Shown here: piece by piece, positions 9,223 to 16,354 of the stretch | Position numbering within the stretch: the first letter of the stretch is position 1 | How the letters are laid out: the number at the start of each line of letters is the position of its first letter | Program-made: the position numbers and the translations under genes | Notes under the pieces: generated by a model | Database searches by the model: none | Told to the model about the DNA's origin: nothing | The model's input: the letters and a program-made list of their open reading frames with translations, nothing else | NCBI GenBank assembly: GCA_036501285.1 | Contig: DASYAO010000147.1 | Location: forward strand, 1,545-65,544 | Length of the DNA stretch: 64,000 nucleotides | DNA from: Gaiellaceae bacterium | Lineage (GTDB): Bacteria; Actinomycetota; Thermoleophilia; Gaiellales; Gaiellaceae | Reading direction: 5' to 3'

Positions 9223-10046
9223 GATCCCACAGGCACGACTGCCGGCGCCTGCTCGGCGGGTCTCGAGTGCGGCGCCGCGATCGGAATGCACATCGGAACG
9301 CCCGACGTCGGGTGCTCGAGGATGTGCGCGTCGATCCCGAAGACCTCGCGGATCAGGCTCGCACTCAGCACGTCCCTCGGGTCGCCCTGTGCGACCAGCT
9401 TGCCGTTCCGCAGCGCGAACAGCCGCTGCGAATACTCACATGCCATGTTGATGTCGTGCAGCACCATGACGATCGTCTTGCCTTCCGTCGCGTGCAGGTG
9501 TTTGAGCAGCTCGAGCACTTCGAGCTGATACGCGATGTCGAGGAACGTCGTCGGCTCGTCGAGCAGGATCAGGTCGGTTCCCTGCGCGAGCACGAGCGCG
9601 ATCCACACGCGTTGCCGCTGACCGCCGGAGAGGTGGTCGACCGGACGGTCGCGCAGATCTGACGTCGCCGTCACCTCGAGAGCCCAGTTGATCGCTTCGC
9701 GGTCCTCGGCGCGCATACCGCCGATCGACCGCCGCTGCGGGAAACGGCCGTAGGCGACGAGCTCCTCGACGGTGATCGACTCGGGAGAGATCAGCACCTG
9801 CGGCAGGATCGCGAGCCGTCGAGCGACCTCCTTCGTCGTGTACGAGCTGATCGCCTTGCCGTCGAGGACCACCTCACCGCCTTTCGGCCGCAGCAGCCGG
9901 GCGAGCGCGCGGAGGAGCGTCGACTTGCCGGAGCCGTTTGGGCCGATCAGGGCGCTGATCTGTCCGTCGGGCACGTCGATCGAGAGATCGGTGGCGACGA
10001 CGAGTTCGTCGTACTGGAGGGCGAGGTTGGAAGCGGAGAGGCGCAT
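9219..10046 (-). CDS. Iron-siderophore/cobalamin-type (FecE/FepC-like) ABC transporter ATP-binding protein
   Basis: 275 aa. Walker A GPNGSGKST, signature LSGGQRQR, Walker B LILLDEPT. SD AAGGAG is upstream of ATG 10046. Confidence 0.85.
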   Translation of the reverse strand: MRLSASNLALQYDELVVATDLSIDVPDGQISALIGPNGSGKSTLLRALARLLRPKGGEVVLDGKAISSYTTKEVARRLAILPQVLISPESITVEELVAYGRFPQRRSIGGMRAEDREAINWALEVTATSDLRDRPVDHLSGGQRQRVWIALVLAQGTDLILLDEPTTFLDIAYQLEVLELLKHLHATEGKTIVMVLHDINMACEYSQRLFALRNGKLVAQGDPRDVLSASLIREVFGIDAHILEHPTSGVPMCIPIAAPHSRPAEQAPAVVPVGS

Positions 10047-10060
10047 TCACTGCTCCTTCG

Positions 10061-11086
10061 CTAGAGCGACCGGGTGAGGAGGTAGACGAAGTATGGAGCG
10101 CCGATAACAGCGGTGACCATCCCGGCGGGAAGCTCGATCGGAGGATCCGCGCCACGTCCGATCGCGTCGGCGACGAGCAGCATCAGCGAGCCGAGGAGCG
10201 CGGCCGTCGGCAGCAGGACGGCGTGACGCGAGCCGACGAGCCGCCGCGCCATGTGAGGCGCGATCAGGCCGATGAAGAGCAGCGAGCCGGCGACGGCAAC
10301 GCAGGCGCTGGCGAGCAGGACGGCCAGAGCGAGGGCGATGCGGCGGGTGCGCTCGACCGAGAGCCCGAGGCCGCTCGCCATGTCGTCGCCGAGCCCGAGC
10401 ACGTCGAGCTTGTGGGCGTAGAAAACGAGCAGTGGCAGGATGACGGCGATCCAGGGCAGGATCTGGTAGACGGCGTTCATGTCGATCGCCGCGAGCGAGC
10501 CCGTCAACCAGACGAGCGCGTGCCCGATTCCATTCGCCTGGACGAGCAGCACGTAGCGGATGATCGACTCGCAGAGCGCGCTGACCGCGATTCCCACGAG
10601 CGCCAGGCGGACCGGCGTCGTGCCGCCGTTCTTGTAGGCAGCGAGGTAGACGATCACCATCGCGATGATGCCGCCCGCGAACGCGGCGACGGGAAGATAC
10701 GAGACCGCGGCGAGCGGATAAGCCCAGAGCAGAAAGACCGTGCCGAGGGCAGCGCCCTTGACGACGCCGATGATGTCGGGCGCCGCGAGTGGATTGCGCG
10801 TTACGCCCTGGATCACGCCGCCGGAGATCGCGAGCGCGCTGCCGACGAGGATCGCGATCAGCACGCGTGGCAGCTCGTAGGTGCGGATCGTCCGGATCTG
10901 GTCTGCTGTGCCGTGCCCGAAGAGCGCCTCGATCGCATGCGGCTCGAGCACACGGACCGCGCCGACGCCGAGCGTCAGGAACGCGGTGAGCAGGCAGAGC
11001 CCGGACAGCGTCACGATCACGACGGCGGGGCGCCGTGCGTGCACGCGGACGGCGACCCCGGGGGCGGCGACGGGAGTAGCCGTCAT
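10061..11086 (-). CDS. FecCD-family ABC permease (second of two)
   Basis: The real start is taken as ATG 11086 (MTATPVAAPG...), which forms an ATGA overlap with the upstream permease stop. The 133 Arg-rich codons upstream in the track ORF are read-through. Motifs: VTRNPLAAPDIIGV and GLIAPHMARRLVG. Confidence 0.8.
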   Translation of the reverse strand: MTATPVAAPGVAVRVHARRPAVVIVTLSGLCLLTAFLTLGVGAVRVLEPHAIEALFGHGTADQIRTIRTYELPRVLIAILVGSALAISGGVIQGVTRNPLAAPDIIGVVKGAALGTVFLLWAYPLAAVSYLPVAAFAGGIIAMVIVYLAAYKNGGTTPVRLALVGIAVSALCESIIRYVLLVQANGIGHALVWLTGSLAAIDMNAVYQILPWIAVILPLLVFYAHKLDVLGLGDDMASGLGLSVERTRRIALALAVLLASACVAVAGSLLFIGLIAPHMARRLVGSRHAVLLPTAALLGSLMLLVADAIGRGADPPIELPAGMVTAVIGAPYFVYLLTRSL

Positions 11087-12126
11087 CCGGCGATCTTCTC
11101 CCTTCGCGCCAGCAGGATGAAGAGCGTCGCGCCGATCGGCGCAACGACGACGCCGGCGGGGACCTCGGTATGCGAGGTGAGGTGCCGCGCGAGGATGTCG
11201 GCGTAGAGCAGCAGCGCAGCCCCGGCGACTGCGGATACCGGCAAAACGGCGAAATGGTTCTGGCCGACGATCCGGCGGACGATGTTCGGCACGATCAGCG
11301 CCAGGAACGCGACGGGGCCGGCGACTCCGACGGCTGCACCGGCGAGCAGCACGACACAGACGAGCGAGACGAAGCGGATGCGCCCGACGTTCTGACCGAG
11401 ACCCCGCGCGACGTCGTCTCCGAGCGCGAGGATGTTCAGCGGACGCGCAAGCAGCATCGCGAGCACGATCCCGGCGACCATCCACGGGTACGCCGTGTGG
11501 ATGTCGGCCCAGCGCGCGTACGTGACTCCGCCGACAAGCCAGAAGAAGAAGAGGTCGGCGTTCTGCGTGAACGCGATCAAGACGCCCTGCATCACCGCGT
11601 ACAACAAGAGCGAGATCGTCACTCCGGCGAGCGCGAGCCGCACCGGGGACAGGCCACCGCGTCCGTAGCGAGCGATCCCGAAGACCATCAGCGCCGCGAT
11701 GCCGCCACCGCCGAATGACAGGAACAGCTGGTTGATGCCCCCGAGGCTCGGCACGATCGTGGTGGCGAGCGCGACCGTGACGGCGGAGCCGCTCGTGACG
11801 CCGAGCACGTCGGGCGCGCCGAGCGGGTTCCGCGTCACCGACTGCATGATCGCGCCCGAGAGAGCGAGCGTCGCACCCGCGAGCACCGCGAGCAACGCCC
11901 GCGGCAAACGAATCAGGTGCACGATCAGCTGCTGCGTGTTGTGGCCCTGCGCGAAGGTGCCCCTCACGAGCGCTCCGAAGCCGATCTGCTCGGGCCCGAT
12001 CGAGACGCTCCAGATGAACCCGCCGATCGCGAGCGCGGTGAACACCACGAAGGCGATCGGGCCTCTGAGGCGCCGCGCGAGCGCGGCCGAAGCCGCGCCC
12101 GCGCCGGATGCCGGGACTGCCGTCAC
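11083..12126 (-). CDS. FecCD-family ABC permease (first of two)
   Basis: Motifs: SVTRNPLGAPDVLGV, LALIVPNIVRRIVG and EVPAGVVVAPIGATLFILL. The preferred start is GTG 12126 (VTAVPASGAG...), just after the SBP stop TAG at 12134. The track start 12213 lies inside the SBP gene. Confidence 0.75.
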   Translation of the reverse strand: MTAVPASGAGAASAALARRLRGPIAFVVFTALAIGGFIWSVSIGPEQIGFGALVRGTFAQGHNTQQLIVHLIRLPRALLAVLAGATLALSGAIMQSVTRNPLGAPDVLGVTSGSAVTVALATTIVPSLGGINQLFLSFGGGGIAALMVFGIARYGRGGLSPVRLALAGVTISLLLYAVMQGVLIAFTQNADLFFFWLVGGVTYARWADIHTAYPWMVAGIVLAMLLARPLNILALGDDVARGLGQNVGRIRFVSLVCVVLLAGAAVGVAGPVAFLALIVPNIVRRIVGQNHFAVLPVSAVAGAALLLYADILARHLTSHTEVPAGVVVAPIGATLFILLARREKIAG

Positions 12127-12133
12127 CTCACAC

Positions 12134-13165
12134 CTAGGTGCTGATGTTCGGCAACGCGATCGAGACGAACTTGTGGTAGAGCAGGTGGACGGCCTGCTGG
12201 CAGATGAGCTCACCCGCCTGGAGCCCGCGTGCCTTCGACCAGAGGTTGACGTTGACCGAATAGACCTGGTGGTTCTTCACAGCGTTCAGCGTCGGGAAGA
12301 GCTGGTCCTGCGCCCAGACGCTGTAGAGGGGCCCAGGCGGCGTGTCCGCGTGGAAGATGATGTCCGGGTTGTTGTTGAGGAGATCCTCCTCGGACATCAC
12401 GATGTACGGGTTGCCCAGGTTCGTCGAGTTCGTCGGCAGGATGTTCGCGTCCGGGATCCCGATTGCCTGAAGCAGGCTAGGCGTGTAGGCGAGGTTCGAG
12501 TGGACATTCCAGATCTTGTTCGTGTCGACCACGAACATCGCCTTGCGCGTCTCGCCTTTGCCGTTCGTCGCCTTCGTCACGGCGGCCTTCATCCGGGCGA
12601 TGATCATCTTGTCCTGCTCGACGCGGCGAACCATCGCGCCGCACTTGTTCACTGCCTGCCCGATGACGATTGCCGCGTGCAGGTTCGGCAGATACGCCTC
12701 CTTGAGGCTGTCGAGTGCGATCGTCGGCGCAATCTGCTGCAGCTGGTTGTAGATGTTCGCGTCGCGTGACGGATCGGCGATGATCAGGTCCGGGTGCAGC
12801 GATGCAATCGTTTCGAGGTTCGGTGCCGACCGAAGCCCGACCGACGTGTATTGGCCGAGCTTCGCCCGAACCGGGGCGATGATCTCGGATGAATTGTTGT
12901 CGTCGGCGACGCCGACAGGCTTGACGCCGACCTGAACAAGGTCGTCGACGAACGAGAACTCGAGCGCGACGACGCGCGTCGGCGTCCCGTGGAGCGTCAC
13001 AGACCCGAGCGTGCCGTTGACCGTGCGTGTGGCGGTGCGCGCAGCTCCACACGTCGGATCGAACTTCTTCGCCGCAGCCTGCGTGCTCGTTCCGCTTGTG
13101 GCACCCGCGGACGCGACTGCCGCGAGAGCGGCGAGCACGGCCGGGGCCACCAACCACTTCTTCAC
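12134..13165 (-). CDS. Peripla_BP_2 (FhuD/FepB-like) substrate-binding protein of the Fec-type importer
   Basis: GTG 13165 is preceded by AAGGAGGA 8 nt upstream. The signal peptide VKKWLVAPAVLAALAAVASAG has no lipobox Cys. The body contains TPTRVVALEFSFVDDLVQVGVKPVGVADD and HPDLIIAD. Confidence 0.8.
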   Translation of the reverse strand: MKKWLVAPAVLAALAAVASAGATSGTSTQAAAKKFDPTCGAARTATRTVNGTLGSVTLHGTPTRVVALEFSFVDDLVQVGVKPVGVADDNNSSEIIAPVRAKLGQYTSVGLRSAPNLETIASLHPDLIIADPSRDANIYNQLQQIAPTIALDSLKEAYLPNLHAAIVIGQAVNKCGAMVRRVEQDKMIIARMKAAVTKATNGKGETRKAMFVVDTNKIWNVHSNLAYTPSLLQAIGIPDANILPTNSTNLGNPYIVMSEEDLLNNNPDIIFHADTPPGPLYSVWAQDQLFPTLNAVKNHQVYSVNVNLWSKARGLQAGELICQQAVHLLYHKFVSIALPNIST

Positions 13166-13184
13166 GACACCATCCTCCTTGTTG

Positions 13185-13805
13185 TCATGCGGATTCCACC
13201 TCTGCCGGTCCGGTGCCAGGGAGCGCATGCAGCTGCGCTCCTTTCGCCGGCACCTCGGCATGCTCGTCGCCGCCGTGCAGCTCGAAGACCTTCGCCTCGA
13301 ACTCCTCGAGCAGCGTCTCGCAGCGCCGAAGCCAATCGCGGGCTTCCTGGGCGTTGGGGGCCCCGAACCAGTCCCGCTCCTGCGCCTGGTCGAACCAGGT
13401 GCAGATCTTTTCGAACTCCATCCGGATCTCTTCCGCCTCCTCGTAGCTGTAGTTGCGGCGGAAGTGCTCGAACTCGATTTCCTTCACGAAGTCGACCTCG
13501 CAGTTCTCGACGATCTCCGCGTAGTGCTTCGCGGTCTGGTCGACGAAGAGCTGGATCACCTTCTGCTCCTCCTCGGGCGTGAGCTCGCCGAGCGGAAGGA
13601 GGTGATACGTCCCGTTGCCCTCGTCGATGCGCGCGAGCACGCTGTCGAGCTCCGCGCGCAGCTCGTCGGTATCGGGCAGGACGCAGACGGAGTCCTGCAG
13701 GTAGACAGCGCCGGCCTTCTTCAGGCTGCGCCACACGGCGACGCGACCCGCAGTCGGTTTCGCAGGCATCCGGTAGACGAGCTGGAGGAAGCGCTGCGGT
13801 GCCAT
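13185..13805 (-). CDS. ChrB N-terminal-domain-like protein (chromate-resistance-regulator-like fold; function here unknown)
   Basis: 206 aa. FLQLVYRMPAKPTAGRVAVWRSLKKAGAVYLQDSVCVLPDT matches the ChrB_N signature as I remember it. No ChrA transporter gene is nearby. Confidence 0.55.
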   Translation of the reverse strand: MAPQRFLQLVYRMPAKPTAGRVAVWRSLKKAGAVYLQDSVCVLPDTDELRAELDSVLARIDEGNGTYHLLPLGELTPEEEQKVIQLFVDQTAKHYAEIVENCEVDFVKEIEFEHFRRNYSYEEAEEIRMEFEKICTWFDQAQERDWFGAPNAQEARDWLRRCETLLEEFEAKVFELHGGDEHAEVPAKGAQLHALPGTGPAEVESA

Positions 13806-13812
13806 CGCGTCG

Positions 13813-14037
13813 TTACCTGTGTCGCGCCGCTCCGACGGCGCCGCCGATGATGCTCATGGTGACGACGAGGAGAATCCCAAGGCCTGCGAGCAGCGAGATC
13901 GCCGTGTCGGAGAGCTTCGTCTCCGCGACGAGCACGGCGCCGGCCGCGAGTACAGCAGCGACGCCGGCCGCGATCTTCCAGTCCTCCCCGACGATGAAAT
14001 CCCACCAGAAGCGGCCGAAGCCGACGATGAATTTCAC
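13813..14037 (-). CDS. 74-aa two-helix membrane protein
   Basis: Hidden in the C-terminus of the spurious track ORF 13813..14586. GTG 14037 is preceded by GGAGGAGG 7 nt upstream and overlaps the upstream TAG by 1 nt. Hand translation: VKFIVGFGRFWWDFIVGEDWKIAAGVAAVLAAGAVLVAETKLSDTAISLLAGLGILLVVTMSIIGGAVGAARHR. Confidence 0.55.
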   Translation of the reverse strand: MKFIVGFGRFWWDFIVGEDWKIAAGVAAVLAAGAVLVAETKLSDTAISLLAGLGILLVVTMSIIGGAVGAARHR

Positions 14038-14837
14038 TACGCGACCTCCTCCGGGACGAGCGGCCGCGACACGACCTTCCCCTTGCCGTACGGGGTGAGG
14101 ATGCGGATCGCGAGCACCGAGAATGCGATCCACGCCGCGAGGACGGCGAGCAGCGTCACGTCGCCGCCGGGCCACTCGACGCTCGAGCTGCCGTGCTTGA
14201 AGACGCCGAGCCCTTCGATCGCCCAGAACGTGCCGAACGTCGAGAGCAGCAAGCCGACCGCGAACTTGATCGTGTTCTCGGGCACGCGGGAGAGCGGCTT
14301 GTGCAGCGCGAATCCGGCCACGAGCACGATCGCGCCGCCGGCCGATGCCCCCGCGATCGCGGTCGGCATCGAGTGCGCGTTGAGGCCGAAGGTGATCACG
14401 ATGAAGATCACCTCGAGCCCCTCGAGGAAGACGCCCTTGAAGCTGACGACGAAGCCGAACCAGTCGAGCCCCGCCTTCGTCTCGGCGCCGGCGCGGCGCG
14501 CGGCCTCGGTCTCCTCGCGGAACGTCTCCTCCTCGTCGTGCAGCGACTTGAGCCCGGAGGAGCGGAGGATCGCCTTGCGCAGCCACTGGAGGCCGAAGAC
14601 GAGGAGCAAGCTGCCGACGACGAACTGGAGCGCGCTCTTCGGGAACCAGTTGATCAGAGCGTAGCCGGAGAAGGCGGCGACGCCCGCCAGCAGCACGAGC
14701 GCGCTCACGGTGCCGGCGATGGTCGAGCGCCAGCCGCGGGTCAGGCCCATGGCGAGCACGATCGTGAATGCCTCGACGAACTCCACTGCCGAGGCCAGAA
14801 GGGTCGATGCGGCAAGTCCGGTAGTGCCCCAGGTCAA
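14037..14837 (-). CDS. Polytopic membrane protein with internal two-fold repeat (COG4280-like)
   Basis: TTG 14837 is preceded by GAGGGGGAA 6 nt upstream. No other in-frame ATG, GTG or TTG lies between it and the amidohydrolase stop. Repeat motifs are AVEFVEAFTIVLAMGLTRGWRS and VFLEGLEVIFIVITFG. The track ORF (to 15440) is Arg-rich read-through. Confidence 0.65.
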   Translation of the reverse strand: MTWGTTGLAASTLLASAVEFVEAFTIVLAMGLTRGWRSTIAGTVSALVLLAGVAAFSGYALINWFPKSALQFVVGSLLLVFGLQWLRKAILRSSGLKSLHDEEETFREETEAARRAGAETKAGLDWFGFVVSFKGVFLEGLEVIFIVITFGLNAHSMPTAIAGASAGGAIVLVAGFALHKPLSRVPENTIKFAVGLLLSTFGTFWAIEGLGVFKHGSSSVEWPGGDVTLLAVLAAWIAFSVLAIRILTPYGKGKVVSRPLVPEEVA

Positions 14838-14852
14838 GGTCGGTTCCCCCTC

Positions 14853-14912
14853 GATGAAACGGTGGTTACTTGTGGCGAAGGTTATAAACGAACCTTCGCC
14901 ACATGTCCAGCG
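14853..14912 (-). promoter_or_regulatory. Copy A of a conserved 60-bp promoter/leader element: -35 TGGACA (14904-14909), 17-nt spacer, -10 TATAAC (14881-14886), then conserved leader ACAAGTAACCnnCGTTTCATC
   Basis: Ungapped hand alignment with 29305..29364 gives 48/60 identical positions. Both copies end 14-15 nt before the start codon of a minus-strand gene. Copy A also carries a perfect 13-bp inverted repeat, TGTGGCGAAGGTT-N7-AACCTTCGCCACA (14871-14903), across the -10 box. Confidence 0.6.
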
Positions 14913-14932
14913 TGAATTTCTGGTGACGCGAC

Positions 14933-16354
14933 TCAGGCCGCGAACGTGACCCGGCCGCCACAGACAGTCAGGCGGACCTGACCGTCGAGCAGGCAGTCGG
15001 GGTCGGCGGCGATAGCGACTAGGTCGGCCTCGAAGCCCGCGCGGATCGCGCCGCGCCGAGTCTCGTTTCCGCCCGCGTAGGCGCCGCCGCGTGTGTAGCA
15101 GTCGACCGCCTCGGCGACCGTGATCGCCTCGGCGTCGCGCTCGACCGCTGCGCGGATCTCGGCGAGCGGGTCGAGCGGAACGAGGTTGTCGTCGCGCCAG
15201 TCCGAGCCGAGCGCGACATGGGCGCCTGCGTCGAGCAGCGAACGGAGCGGCAGGTCGACAGCCTCCGGATCGCCGGTGTTTCGCGGGTCCTCGAGCGTGT
15301 CCCACGGCTGCGCTTCGACGACGAGGCCGAGCCGGGCGACGCGGTGGATGTCGGCGCGCCGAAGCGAACGGGCGTGCACGATCCGGTGTCTCGGGCCACC
15401 CGGCGCGAGGGGCTCGAAGAGATCGAGCGTCTCCGCGCACACTGCATCGTCGAGCGAGTGCACGGATACCGGCACGCCCGCGTCGTGCGCCTCGCGGATC
15501 CAGGCAGCCGCGGTCGCACGGCCGGGGTAGCGGTACGTGACGCCGGCGAAGAGCTTCAGTCCTTCGACACGCGAGGGGCGCTCGTTGAGGAACTCGTGGC
15601 GGCGATGGAGCGACGGCCGCACCGAAACACGCGCCGGGAGGTCGGTTTCGTCGTACAGCGTCGCGTCCGTGTAGCTCCGCTCCCAGCGTACGAGCGGCGA
15701 CTCCGGCTCGCTCGGGTACGTGGCGATGTCATGCACCTCCGTGATCCCGAGGCCGGGAAGCTCTCGGAGCGCCGCCCGCAACTCGCCCCACCGCCGGTGG
15801 CGATCGACCTCGGGCACGACGTCGTGAGTCGCCATCGCCCGGGTCGCTGCATCGTGAAGCAGTCCGGCGTCGGGGTCGATCCGGCCGCCGATCGGGTCGC
15901 CGACGACATCGAGCCTCATCAGGGCCATCGCGCGCGTGTTCACGACCCCGAGCGAGCCGTCGTCGCAAACAAGGAACGCCGGTGCGTCGCCGCACGCCGC
16001 ATCGAGCTCCTGGAGGGTTGGCAGCTCCGCGTCGCGAAGGCGGCCGCGCGACCAGCCGCCGCCGAGGAGCCAGAACCCCGGATCGATCCTCGCCGCAGCC
16101 GCACGCACGGCCTCGAGGGCGGCTTCGCGGTGGTCGGCCGCCGCCCAACGGACCTGCCAGAGCGCCTCACCGGCCCAGCCGAGATGGGTGTGCGTGTCGA
16201 TGAAGCCCGGGAGGAGCATCGCCCCGCCGAGGTCGAGGTCCCGTTCGGCGGGGCCGTCTTCGAGCGCGACGATCCGGCCACCGTCGACGAGCACGGATCC
16301 TCGTCTCCCGTCCGGCCAGAGGCGGGCGTTCCGCAGGAGCAGCGATCCGGTCAT
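14933..16354 (-). CDS. Amidohydrolase-3 (YtcJ-like) metal-dependent hydrolase
   Basis: ATG 16354 (MTGSLLLRNARLWPDG...) forms an ATGA overlap with the aconitase stop. Motifs: LLPGFIDTHTHLGWAG, VHSLDD and ALGSDW. The upstream 435 codons of track ORF 14933..17659 are out-of-gene read-through. Confidence 0.8.
   Translation of the reverse strand: MTGSLLLRNARLWPDGRRGSVLVDGGRIVALEDGPAERDLDLGGAMLLPGFIDTHTHLGWAGEALWQVRWAAADHREAALEAVRAAAARIDPGFWLLGGGWSRGRLRDAELPTLQELDAACGDAPAFLVCDDGSLGVVNTRAMALMRLDVVGDPIGGRIDPDAGLLHDAATRAMATHDVVPEVDRHRRWGELRAALRELPGLGITEVHDIATYPSEPESPLVRWERSYTDATLYDETDLPARVSVRPSLHRRHEFLNERPSRVEGLKLFAGVTYRYPGRATAAAWIREAHDAGVPVSVHSLDDAVCAETLDLFEPLAPGGPRHRIVHARSLRRADIHRVARLGLVVEAQPWDTLEDPRNTGDPEAVDLPLRSLLDAGAHVALGSDWRDDNLVPLDPLAEIRAAVERDAEAITVAEAVDCYTRGGAYAGGNETRRGAIRAGFEADLVAIAADPDCLLDGQVRLTVCGGRVTFAA

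Noticed and set aside
13185-13805. Calling the ChrB-like gene a chromate-resistance determinant
   Set aside because: Only the ChrB N-terminal-type domain is recognisable, and no ChrA chromate efflux gene is present. The function is left open.
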